From: Bacteroidota bacterium | GTDB taxonomy: Bacteria; Bacteroidota; Bacteroidia; Cytophagales; Spirosomataceae | Assembly: GCA_040387735.1 (NCBI GenBank) | Contig: JAZKDE010000056.1 | Span: forward strand, 4,395-68,394 | Direction of reading: 5' to 3' | Length of the DNA stretch: 64,000 nucleotides | In this document: positions 20,333 through 29,187 of the stretch, piece after piece | Numbering within the stretch: the stretch's first letter is position 1 | Layout of the letters: each line of letters begins with the position of its first letter | The notes under the pieces: generated by a model | What the model was told of the DNA's origin: nothing | What the model saw: only the letters and a program-made list of their open reading frames with translations | Databases searched by the model: none | Position numbers and translations under genes: made by a program

Positions 20333-20542
20333 ATGTCACCGCCGATGAAAAATACCCCAATCATCCTAACGTCAGAGTCTATCGAAGTGTTAGTTGCGAA
20401 TATCGCAGAGGAGTTATTGAAAGGTCACAACACTTACAAGTCTGAGACCGCAGCCCTGAAAAAGAAAATCAAAATAGGAATGTTGAGAACAATATCTTAT
20501 CAGGAGTTTTCCCAAAAACAGCAACAGCAAGCATCCGCATAA
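20333..20542 (+). CDS. Small hypothetical protein (69 aa from MSPPMKN...)
   Basis: The ORF-track version starts at 20285, but a TAtcTTTG -7 box sits at 20289-20296, so the ATG at 20333 is the likelier start. GC is locally higher than the surroundings. A short hairpin (gaacctta..taaggttc) follows the stop. Confidence 0.35.
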   Translation: MSPPMKNTPIILTSESIEVLVANIAEELLKGHNTYKSETAALKKKIKIGMLRTISYQEFSQKQQQQASA

Positions 20543-20834
20543 GTTGCCTAAGTCCATCAATATCGAACCTTACCGCCATAAGGTTCTTGGTAAATTCCCC
20601 TCAAATTCTTGAAATCAAGAAGCTTTATTTGTCATCCGACTCTCTTCCATTCTGGCAAATATTACTCAAATGAGCAAAACTAATTTTTAGTTTATCCTCA
20701 TTTTTTTTATGAAAACTCTCGCCACATCTTGCAACAAAATTAGAAGAAATTTTAGCTAAAAATAAGGTAACTTTATTATCTAATTTTCGGTAAAACTGAA
20801 TATTTGTAATATATCTCAAAATTTGACTATTAAA

Positions 20835-22139
20835 ATGAATCTTATGCAACAACCAACCACTATTCTGGATTCTCAGAAACTATCAAGCTTACAATTATCC
20901 ACTATTTTAATTTGCTTTTTGATGAATATGCTCGATGGCATGGACGTAATGGTAATTTCTTACGTTGCTCCGCATATTTCGACGGCATGGGCAATTAGTC
21001 CACAATCTTTGGGAATCGTCTTTAGTGCTGGATTATTAGGAATGTCCATCGGAGCAATGTTTTTAGCCCCAAATGCTGATAAAATTGGACGAAAAAATAT
21101 GATTTTAATTTGTGGTGTATTGATGGGATTGAGCGTTTTTGCGACAATTTTAGCCAAATCAGTAGAAATGTTAGTATTTTTTAGAGTAATCAGTGGTTTG
21201 GGTATCGGCGGAATGTTAGCAAGTACCGCCACACTTACTGCGGAATATGCACCCAAAGCTCGCAAAGATTTTTGGGTAAGTTTTGTCATTTCGGGGTATC
21301 CCGTCGGAGCAGTTTTATCGGGTATGGTAGCCGCAAAAGTAATCCCAATGTACGGCTGGCAAACAATGTTTCAATTAGCGGGTTTATCTACTTTGTGTAC
21401 ACTTCCATTAACGTATCTCTTTTTATCAGAATCATTGGATTTTTTATTGAAAACTCAACCAAAAAATGCTCTAAAAAAAGCTAATCTCATTTTAGAGAAA
21501 ATAAATTTACCCGTGTTAGGTGTATTACCTTTAATTGATTATCAATCTAACATAAAAATTTCCGTAAAATCATTACTTGTTTCAGAAACAAAAACAGCGA
21601 CTATTAGGCTATGGGTTGCCATTTTTATGGCTTTTGCTACCTTGTATTTTCTCACAACTTGGATTCCCAAATTGGCATCTGCCACTGGTTTATCCAATGA
21701 GTTAGCAATTTATGCAGGAACAATTTTTAATTTGGGGGCATTCTTAGGCATTATTTCGCAGGGTTATTTATCCAGTAAATTTGGCTTACAACGAACCATC
21801 TTTGGCTTTTTGATAGCAACCGCTGTATTAATGCTAATTTTTGGTTTGTTCAAAGGTTCAATGATGGTTTTAATCCTTTTTGGCTTAATTGGTTTTGGAA
21901 TTCAAGGTGGATTTGTGGGTTTATATTCAGTAGCAGCTCGATTATATCCGACCGAAATCAGAACAACGGGGGTTGGTTGGGCAGTAGGTGCTGGCAGAAT
22001 TGGGGCTATTGCTGGACCAATTTTGGGCGGCATACTGATTGGCTTAGGATTGTCAATGACCATCAATTTTATCATATTTGCAGTACCGCCCATCATTGGT
22101 GGCATTGTAACACTTTATATCTCTACAAAAGAAATTTAA
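20835..22139 (+). CDS. MFS transporter, aromatic acid:H+ symporter (AAHS)-like
   Basis: About 12 TM. N-terminal region (MLDGMDVMVISYVAP.I...W..S....G...SAGL.GM..GA......D..GRK) is typical of the PcaK/BenK-type subfamily. First ATG is at 20835 (the ORF track uses TTG at 20823). Confidence 0.7.
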   Translation: MNLMQQPTTILDSQKLSSLQLSTILICFLMNMLDGMDVMVISYVAPHISTAWAISPQSLGIVFSAGLLGMSIGAMFLAPNADKIGRKNMILICGVLMGLSVFATILAKSVEMLVFFRVISGLGIGGMLASTATLTAEYAPKARKDFWVSFVISGYPVGAVLSGMVAAKVIPMYGWQTMFQLAGLSTLCTLPLTYLFLSESLDFLLKTQPKNALKKANLILEKINLPVLGVLPLIDYQSNIKISVKSLLVSETKTATIRLWVAIFMAFATLYFLTTWIPKLASATGLSNELAIYAGTIFNLGAFLGIISQGYLSSKFGLQRTIFGFLIATAVLMLIFGLFKGSMMVLILFGLIGFGIQGGFVGLYSVAARLYPTEIRTTGVGWAVGAGRIGAIAGPILGGILIGLGLSMTINFIIFAVPPIIGGIVTLYISTKEI

Positions 22140-22211
22140 TGTCCTGTTTAAACGTTTCATCATAAATAACAGTCTAATTATCAACGATATCACTGAAAGA
22201 AAACTATAACC

Positions 22212-23582
22212 ATGCAAAGACATTTTCTAAAAGGAATAACAATTATAGTTGGGACTTTCCTAATCATATCAGCCTGCTCGAAAAAATCTATTGACAGCAC
22301 TGATCCAGTGGTCATATCAAGTTTTAGTTTGATGCAAGACCGTATTCTCACGCCTACTTGTGCAACTTCGGGTTGTCATGCTTCCGTTTCAGATGCGACT
22401 TTTAAAGAACACGGTTTGGTATTAGAAAAATCTGTTGCTTATCAAAACTTAGTGGGTGTTGTACCTTTTAATGCCCTTTCTAAAGCCGATGGTCACTTAA
22501 GAGTAAAAGCTTACAAATCTTTAGAAAGCCTTTTGTACCATAAATTAAATTGGGATGCGGCTCATCACGGTGGCAAACAATATGGTTCGCCAATGCCTTT
22601 GGGAAGTACTGCACTAAGCGTTGGACAGATTGAATTTGTTCGTCGTTGGATTGAAGCAGGAGCTCCCCAAACAGGCGAAGTAGTAGATTCAAAACTATTA
22701 GATGATAAAACACCAAGCGTTTCTGTGAATGATGATTTTTCTGCCATGAAAACTCCCAAAGCAGAAGGTGTTGATGGGTATCAGTTGAAAGTGGATAAAT
22801 TTACGGTACAATCTAATTTTGAACGTGAATTATTTGTACGAAGAAGTGTAGGAAATACCGCCGAAATCTACGTCAATCGGATAAAATTACAATCTCGTGC
22901 CAATAGTCATCACATGGTTTTGTATGATTTTAGAGATAGAACCAATTTACCTACTATTGACGCAGTGAGAGACTTACGTAATTCAGATAATTCATTAAAT
23001 CTGGTTACAGTTGTTCAAATGTCAAATCATATTTTCTTAGGCGGTGGCACGCAAGCTAATCAAGAATATATCTTCCCCGAAGGCACGGCGTTATTACTTC
23101 CCGCTGACTATTCGATGGACTTAAATCCGCATTATTTCAACAAAACTAACGGCAATCTTTACGGTGAAAATTACGTCAATTTATACACGATGGATAAAAC
23201 GAAAGTTAAGTATGTGGTAAAAACCATTGATTTTAATAATACAAGTTTTAGCCTTCCTGCCAATACCAAAACGACTATTACCAAAGATTTTGCCTTTAGT
23301 AAGAATGTACAAATTGTGATGCTGACTTCTCACACGCACAAGTACGGAGAGAAATATGTCATCAAAATAAAAGGGGGAACAAGAGACGGTGAAATCGTTT
23401 ATGAAAATACAGATTGGGAACATCCTGCGGTGATAAATTTTACTACCCCAATTGCCTTGAAAAAAGGGGAAGGTTTAACCTCGGTAGTTACCTACAACAA
23501 TACCTCGAATCAAAAACTATCGTTCGGTTTAACTTCAGAAGATGAAATGGACATCATTTTTGGGTATTATTACGAAGAGTAA
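22212..23582 (+). CDS. Lipoprotein: cytochrome-c-like N-terminal module fused to PHM/DBH-like copper monooxygenase-like domain
   Basis: Lipobox ISAC (C22). C50-x4-C55-H56 and M128-P129. H233-H234, H307, H374-x-H376 and M446 (SEDEMDIIFGYYY) have spacing that mirrors the PHM CuH/CuM ligands. Confidence 0.5.
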   Translation: MQRHFLKGITIIVGTFLIISACSKKSIDSTDPVVISSFSLMQDRILTPTCATSGCHASVSDATFKEHGLVLEKSVAYQNLVGVVPFNALSKADGHLRVKAYKSLESLLYHKLNWDAAHHGGKQYGSPMPLGSTALSVGQIEFVRRWIEAGAPQTGEVVDSKLLDDKTPSVSVNDDFSAMKTPKAEGVDGYQLKVDKFTVQSNFERELFVRRSVGNTAEIYVNRIKLQSRANSHHMVLYDFRDRTNLPTIDAVRDLRNSDNSLNLVTVVQMSNHIFLGGGTQANQEYIFPEGTALLLPADYSMDLNPHYFNKTNGNLYGENYVNLYTMDKTKVKYVVKTIDFNNTSFSLPANTKTTITKDFAFSKNVQIVMLTSHTHKYGEKYVIKIKGGTRDGEIVYENTDWEHPAVINFTTPIALKKGEGLTSVVTYNNTSNQKLSFGLTSEDEMDIIFGYYYEE

Positions 23583-23597
23583 ATTTTTGACGATTTA

Positions 23598-23630
23598 AAT
23601 CTCGGCGAGACTTAAAACTTCGCCGAGATT
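23598..23630. terminator. Hairpin after the cyt-c/Cu-monooxygenase-like gene
   Basis: An 11-bp stem aatctcggcga/tcgccgagatt with an 11-nt loop and a weak T-run. Confidence 0.55.
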
Positions 23631-23684
23631 ATTTAAGCGTTGACTTTATAAATATCCAGTCTAATAATGATAAAACATCAAAAG

Positions 23685-24128
23685 CTAAAACTTCCGAATC
23701 AAAACAACACCAATAACCAAACACAAAGCCCCGATTAATCTGCCCAAAGACATCTCTCGAACGGGCGTATCCAAAATTCCGTAATGGTCAAAAAGTATTG
23801 AAATAGTCATTTGTCCCGCTACAATCAATCCGAAAGTCAAGGCAAAACCCAATCGAGGCATTAATACGATTACCGTACTGACATAAAAAGCCCCTAAAAG
23901 TCCCGCAAACCAAACATACCAAGGAACATTTTTACATTCACTAATTAAATTAAGTGGAATTCGAGCAATAAGAGCATAAACAAATAGTCCAATTAAACCC
24001 GTAAGAAAAGACAAGAAAGCGGCTAACACGGGATGCCCCACAGATTTTGACATTTGAGCATTCAATCCCGCTTGAGTTGGGAAAACGGCACCGCAGAGAA
24101 AAGCTAAAAAAATCAGGAAGTATTGCAT
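23685..24128 (-). CDS. DMT superfamily small membrane protein (DUF606/YdcZ-like)
   Basis: 147 aa, 5 TM, typical length and hydrophobic pattern. Confidence 0.6.
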   Translation of the reverse strand: MQYFLIFLAFLCGAVFPTQAGLNAQMSKSVGHPVLAAFLSFLTGLIGLFVYALIARIPLNLISECKNVPWYVWFAGLLGAFYVSTVIVLMPRLGFALTFGLIVAGQMTISILFDHYGILDTPVREMSLGRLIGALCLVIGVVLIRKF

Positions 24129-24222
24129 TAGAGGATTTTATAAGCTGTAAATAAAAAAACGTAGCATAATTTCAGTACAAATGTACCAAAATCACGCTAC
24201 GCATATTTTATTAAGCATAAAA

Positions 24223-24936
24223 TTATTGCTTGTGAATATCCGAACCTCCCGTTGAACTGGATTTCACAACTCTTGCATTTCCTTTGTGATAAACATCGCT
24301 TCCACCAGTTGCCGAAATACTGATTTCTTTTTCAGCCCAAACGTAAGAATCTGACCCACCCGTAGATGATACCGAACAAAAATTTGAACGTAAATTACTC
24401 GCTTTCAAATCACTTCCTCCCGTTGAAGAAGCTTTAAAAACCGTTGCTGTTCCTACTAAAGTCACGTCAGACCCACCCGTAGTTGCACAAGTTAATTCAT
24501 CAGCATCCAATGTAAGTTTTATATCTGAGCCACCCGTTGCTTTGACATCCAATTTTATCAAATCCAATTTATTTTCCGTATAAACATCCGCTCCTCCCGT
24601 AGCTGAGAGCAAATTAAGGTCTTTAACCGTGATGTAAACTCTCACTGATTTTGACTTTCTCCAGTCAAAATCCAACCAATTTTTTGACGATTCCACGTAT
24701 ATTTTTAGAGTTCCACCTTCATTTTCAGTAATTACTTTTTCTACCTTATCTTTCTCTCCAACCACTTTTACGGATTCGGTACCGCCTTGTTTTAGATAAA
24801 GGTCAATTCCACTCGAAACATGAATGGCTTTAAAATTCGACACATTACGGACTTCCTCTGTTTTTTGAGCGTAAACACTTGAAAAACAAAAAAATAATAT
24901 AGCTAAAATGACAAAAGATTTGAGGGAGGTTTTCAT
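24223..24936 (-). CDS. Head GIN / DUF2807 domain protein (beta-helical, secreted)
   Basis: Signal peptide, then seven repeats centred on (S/A)TGGSD spaced about 20-25 aa apart. Confidence 0.7.
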   Translation of the reverse strand: MKTSLKSFVILAILFFCFSSVYAQKTEEVRNVSNFKAIHVSSGIDLYLKQGGTESVKVVGEKDKVEKVITENEGGTLKIYVESSKNWLDFDWRKSKSVRVYITVKDLNLLSATGGADVYTENKLDLIKLDVKATGGSDIKLTLDADELTCATTGGSDVTLVGTATVFKASSTGGSDLKASNLRSNFCSVSSTGGSDSYVWAEKEISISATGGSDVYHKGNARVVKSSSTGGSDIHKQ

Positions 24937-25034
24937 AATTTGGATGCTTTAATACGGTTTATTTTTCAATGATGACTTTATGATAATAAGATGCAAACAC
25001 GATGGGAAAGGTTGCGTTAATTTGGAGAATAATT

Positions 25035-25613
25035 TTAAACTGATTTAATTGAATACTTCCAATCTCTAAAACCTTTCACCGCTAAAAGTATCAATAGAAA
25101 GTACAAAATACTCGTACCATTTAATCCTTTAACAATATACATTCCAACGTAACAAATATTTGCAACAATCCACAACAACCAGTTTTCCAAGTACTTGCGG
25201 GCAGTCATCCACGTTGCCATGAGACTAATTGCCGTCAAAGAAGAGTCCAAATATGGCAGACTTGCTTCGGTATGTTGACTGTGTAAATAACCCGAAATTA
25301 AGGTAAAAATCACAAAAAAAATCAAGCAAAATATCAATAATTTAAAAGGCGTTTTACTGACGGATAATTCAGAATGATGTTTTCCACCAAATCGCCATTC
25401 GTACCAACCATAGATACTCAAAAGAATAAAAACACCCTGCAATTCCATATCAGAATATAGTTTGGATTGGTAAAATGTAATGGCGTATATTCCCGACGAA
25501 ACGATTGCCCAAAACCATCCCCAAACATTTTGTCGAGTATTGAGCCAAACACAGATTAAAGAGGCAATTATCCCCGAAACTTCAAGCCAATTTGTTACTA
25601 AATAATCTATCAT
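25035..25613 (-). CDS. pnuC: Nicotinamide riboside transporter PnuC
   Basis: About 190 aa, 7 TM, with the W..W and Y...Y Pnu pattern (NVWGWFWAIVSSGIY). ATG at 25613 is preferred over 25640. Confidence 0.8.
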   Translation of the reverse strand: MIDYLVTNWLEVSGIIASLICVWLNTRQNVWGWFWAIVSSGIYAITFYQSKLYSDMELQGVFILLSIYGWYEWRFGGKHHSELSVSKTPFKLLIFCLIFFVIFTLISGYLHSQHTEASLPYLDSSLTAISLMATWMTARKYLENWLLWIVANICYVGMYIVKGLNGTSILYFLLILLAVKGFRDWKYSIKSV

Positions 25614-25672
25614 TTTTGATTTTAAGCCACGAAGGTACAAAGGCTATAATTTTCGGTTAGGTGAAACAATTA

Positions 25673-26350
25673 TTAATTATTAACTCCTTTTTGAGCTTTC
25701 ATTACTTTACGTTCCAATGCTTCAAAATACTTACAAAAGCCTTTCAAAGCACATTCTCCGCATTTGGGCGAACGAGCTACGCATACATAGCGACCGTGCA
25801 GTATAAGCCAGTGATGTGCTACGGCAACAGATTCTTTCGGAATATATTTGATTAATTCTTTCTCAACCGCCAACGGCGTCGTTGCCGATTTTGGCACTAA
25901 CCCAATGCGATGCGAAACCCTAAAAACGTGCGTATCGACTGCCATTGCAGGTTGGTTATAAATCACAGAAACGATAACATTCGCCGTTTTTCTACCAACT
26001 CCAGGAAGCGTTTGTAATTCTTCAATCGAACTTGGAACTTCCGAATTATATTCGCTAACCAAACGTTTAGCCATGCCAATCAAATGTTTAGCTTTATTAT
26101 TCGGGTACGAAATGGAACGGATATAATGAAAAACTTCCTCAAATTCAGCTTTAGCAAGTGACTCCGCATCAGGAAAACGCTCAAAAAGTGGAGGTGTAAC
26201 AATATTCACTCGTTTGTCCGTGCATTGGGCGGATAAAGACACTGCAACTAACAATTCATAAGGCGTACGATAGGCTAATTCAGTTTCTGCAATCGGGAAA
26301 TTCTCGGTAAAATATCCAATCAGTTGTTTATATCGGTCTTTTTTGAGCAT
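25673..26350 (-). CDS. nth: Endonuclease III
   Basis: HhH-GPD motif (LPGVGRKTANV), catalytic D, and a C-terminal 4Fe-4S cluster C-x6-C-x2-C-x5-C (CVARSPKCGECALKGFC). Confidence 0.93.
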   Translation of the reverse strand: MLKKDRYKQLIGYFTENFPIAETELAYRTPYELLVAVSLSAQCTDKRVNIVTPPLFERFPDAESLAKAEFEEVFHYIRSISYPNNKAKHLIGMAKRLVSEYNSEVPSSIEELQTLPGVGRKTANVIVSVIYNQPAMAVDTHVFRVSHRIGLVPKSATTPLAVEKELIKYIPKESVAVAHHWLILHGRYVCVARSPKCGECALKGFCKYFEALERKVMKAQKGVNN

Positions 26351-26423
26351 TGGCTTGGTAGGACAGATTTCTTATCTGTCAATTGGTATTTTAAATTTTA
26401 CATTACAGGTGAAACCTGCGTTA

Positions 26424-26780
26424 CTAATAAAAAGCATCTTCAAAATGCGTAATTTCAATATTATCATCCGTTCTAAAAATGATAGAAACAATATCAAAAC
26501 GGATTTGTTGTTGCCAATTAGTAGTATAAACAAAGTTTTCAGCCGCTTTGGTTACAAGTTTAATTTTATTTTTGGTAACGCTAATTTCAGGGTTACCAAA
26601 TTTAGTATTGGTCAGTGATTTTACTTCCACGAAGACTAAAAAAATGTCTTTTTGCACAATAATATCAATCTCTGCACGACCGTAACGGTAGTTTCGAGAA
26701 CGAATTTCATAGCCTTTTTCTTCCAAAAAGATAGAAGCTAAATCTTCGGCTTTTTTGCCAGTCTCAAGGTGTTTCGCCAT
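26424..26780 (-). CDS. YraN family protein (UPF0102 endonuclease-like)
   Basis: 118 aa. G...E..A..FL...GY.I...N.R....EIDII....... .VFVEVK pattern. Confidence 0.85.
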   Translation of the reverse strand: MAKHLETGKKAEDLASIFLEEKGYEIRSRNYRYGRAEIDIIVQKDIFLVFVEVKSLTNTKFGNPEISVTKNKIKLVTKAAENFVYTTNWQQQIRFDIVSIIFRTDDNIEITHFEDAFY

Positions 26781-26914
26781 TTAATTTTCAATGTATGGAT
26801 TTGTAGAAAATATTAAAATATCATTAATTGTTTCCTCAAGATACCGCTTATTGATTAGCCAATCAAAAAATCTTTGAGTAAATTTATCAAGTCCAATCAA
26901 CAAACATCGAAAAT

Positions 26915-28219
26915 ATGTCTCCAACCACAAAAAAAACCGAAATACTTGCGGGTGTCAGCTCATTTTTAGCCACCATGTACATTATTGTCGTTAATCCAGC
27001 CATACTTTCTCAAACGGGAATGCCCTTTGCAGCAGTATTAACGGCAACGGTTTTGTTATCATTTTTCAGTAGTTTAATGATGGGTTTATACGCCCGAAAT
27101 CCCATTGTGGTAGCCCCCGGAATGGGCATGAACGCCTTTTTTACTTTTACTGCCGTGAAAGGAATGGGAATAAGTTATCAAGTGGCTTTAGGAGCCGTTT
27201 TTTGGGCGGGTATTTTCTTTTTAATTTTATCGATTTTCAACATTAGAACGTACATTGTCAAAGCCATTCCGAAGCCCTTGCGTTTTGCCATTTCAGCAGG
27301 TATTGGCTTATTTATCAGCTTAATAGGTTTTGAAAATGCCAAATTTATCGTGTCAAATCCTGCAACTTTAATCGGGATTGCTAATTTGAAAGACCCAATT
27401 GTGCTGACTTTTTTATTTGGTTTATTTCTAACTTCAATTTTAATAATTCGTAAAGTTCAAGGAGGAATAATTATTGGAATCATACTGACAACTTTACTCT
27501 CTATTCCGATTGGGCGATATTGGGGAGATGCGTCATTGATTAATTTTGGTCAAAAAACTTTGGTCAATTTTTATGAAGTTTTTGCCAAGCCAGATTTTAG
27601 TTTGATTGGACAATTAGACCTGATAGGTTCTTTGAAATTTTCTTTATTTCCCGTCATTTTTGCTTTTGTTTTTACTGACCTTTTTGATAGCCTTTCAACC
27701 TTCGTTGGACTTGCGGAAGCGGCCTATTTGTACGATGAAAACGGTGAACCCAGAAACGTAAAACAGTCGCTGTTGACGGATGCTGTGGCAACATTGCTGG
27801 CAGGAATTTTAGGGACAAGTCCAGGAACGGCATATATAGAATCTGCCGTCGGAATTGAACAAGGTGGACGACGTGGACTGACTGCTATTACAGCGGGCTT
27901 ACTGTTTTTACCCTTCATGTTTTTATCGCCTTTATTGTCAATTATTCCCGCCATTGCCACCGCTCCTGCTCTGGTAATTGTGGGCGTTTTTATGATAAAA
28001 CCGATTACCAAAATAAATTGGTCAAAATTGGACGATGCCATTCCTGCCTTTTTAGCCCTGATTTTGATACCATTTTCTTACTCAATAACACAAGGGATTA
28101 TTTGGGGATTTTTATCTTGGACAATCTTAAAAGTCTGTACGGGTAAATATAGAGAAGTGTCAATAACCCTGTGGATTATTGATTTATTTGCGGTTGGTGC
28201 TTTATTTTTTGGGCATTGA
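26915..28219 (+). CDS. NCS2 family permease (AzgA-type adenine/guanine/hypoxanthine permease)
   Basis: 434 aa. N-terminus (E..AG...F..M.YI..VNP.IL) and about 13 TM are typical of the AzgA subfamily. Confidence 0.85.
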   Translation: MSPTTKKTEILAGVSSFLATMYIIVVNPAILSQTGMPFAAVLTATVLLSFFSSLMMGLYARNPIVVAPGMGMNAFFTFTAVKGMGISYQVALGAVFWAGIFFLILSIFNIRTYIVKAIPKPLRFAISAGIGLFISLIGFENAKFIVSNPATLIGIANLKDPIVLTFLFGLFLTSILIIRKVQGGIIIGIILTTLLSIPIGRYWGDASLINFGQKTLVNFYEVFAKPDFSLIGQLDLIGSLKFSLFPVIFAFVFTDLFDSLSTFVGLAEAAYLYDENGEPRNVKQSLLTDAVATLLAGILGTSPGTAYIESAVGIEQGGRRGLTAITAGLLFLPFMFLSPLLSIIPAIATAPALVIVGVFMIKPITKINWSKLDDAIPAFLALILIPFSYSITQGIIWGFLSWTILKVCTGKYREVSITLWIIDLFAVGALFFGH

Positions 28220-28220
28220 T

Positions 28221-28284
28221 TTTTCGGTGTTTGTCATTCGATGTCCGACTTCCAAACATCGAATAACGAAAATCAAACATCCAA
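28221..28284. repeat. Heptamer-phased spacer between convergent permease and response-regulator genes
   Basis: TTCGGTG TTTGTCA TTCGATG TCCGACT TCCAAAC ATCGAAT AACGAAA ATCAAAC ATCCAAA. All five CG dinucleotides are spaced by multiples of 7. Confidence 0.6.
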
Positions 28285-28285
28285 A

Positions 28286-29038
28286 CTACAAATGCGTCAA
28301 TTTCTGCACAAAATCATCCTTCCGCCTTTTACTAACCTCGGTATGTTTTCCGTTACTCATTAACGCATAACCGTCTGATTTTAAATATTTTGTAACATGA
28401 TTCATATTTAATAAAAAACTATGATGACTTCTAAAAAAACCTTGTTCAGATAGTATTTCTTCATATTCTTTAAGATTGTGGGATGAGACAAGCTTCGTTC
28501 CATTCATCAGAAAAAAAGTCGTGTAAGGCCCATCTGCTTCCAAGTAAACAATATCGAAAATATTCAAAACCGAAATACCGTCAGAATTACTCACGGTAAT
28601 TTTTGAGGGAAGTTTTTTAGGTTCTTCCAAAGTACGCATCAACAACGAAAGCCGCTCTTGCAAACCTACTTGCTGGCATTTGGCCTTTAGCCTTTCTATA
28701 GTTTTCCGAAGTTCATCTGGGTCAACGGGTTTTAACAGATAGTCAAATGCAGCGTATTTATAAGCTTTTACGGCAAATTCGTTGTAAGCCGTAACAAAAA
28801 CAATCTCAAAATCAATATCTCCCATCATTTCAATCATTTGAAAACCATTGATTTCGGGCATTTGAATATCCAGAAAAATAAAGTCAGGCTTATATAATCT
28901 AATCAACTGAATAGCCTCGGTAGCACTTTCTGCCAGCCCTAAAACCTCCACATCTGGACAGTAACGTTTTACCAATTCATTCAATAGGTTCCGTCCTTTC
29001 AGTTCATCGTCAATAATTAGGGTTTTTAGCGTATTCAT
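28286..29038 (-). CDS. LytR/AlgR family response regulator (REC + LytTR)
   Basis: REC domain (IIDDE ... FLDIQMP) plus a C-terminal LytTR DNA-binding domain. No histidine kinase adjacent. Confidence 0.88.
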   Translation of the reverse strand: MNTLKTLIIDDELKGRNLLNELVKRYCPDVEVLGLAESATEAIQLIRLYKPDFIFLDIQMPEINGFQMIEMMGDIDFEIVFVTAYNEFAVKAYKYAAFDYLLKPVDPDELRKTIERLKAKCQQVGLQERLSLLMRTLEEPKKLPSKITVSNSDGISVLNIFDIVYLEADGPYTTFFLMNGTKLVSSHNLKEYEEILSEQGFFRSHHSFLLNMNHVTKYLKSDGYALMSNGKHTEVSKRRKDDFVQKLTHL

Positions 29039-29187
29039 TGTTTTAAGAGTATCATGGGTTATTTTTTTGAAAAACCGAATTTACAACGATGTTCAGAATA
29101 GACGTGAACCGAATACTAACAAAGCAGGTTGGACGAAAAACTTTTTTTGCGTATTATTGTATAACAAATTTCAACAAACCAAACATA

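Noticed and set aside
20625-20852. 75-aa minus-strand ORF upstream of the AAHS transporter gene
   Set aside because: It overlaps the transporter's start region and AT-rich promoter DNA, and it has no features of a real protein.
24223-24936. Internal TGGSD repeats as a repeat-expansion or contingency locus
   Set aside because: The repeats are at the protein level only (structural turns of the GIN/DUF2807 beta-helix). The nucleotide sequences of the units differ.
26781-26914. Purine riboswitch upstream of the NCS2 purine permease gene
   Set aside because: No conserved purine-riboswitch junction or loop sequences are visible, and the region is short and AT-rich.
29089-29187. N-terminal extensions in the ORF track (29089, 41542, 61191, 56865, 51187, 48790, 8408, 6106, 25640, 46511, 42761, 63173)
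   Set aside because: In each case an internal ATG gives a canonical family N-terminus or a signal peptide. The extension is encoded by spacer or repeat DNA.
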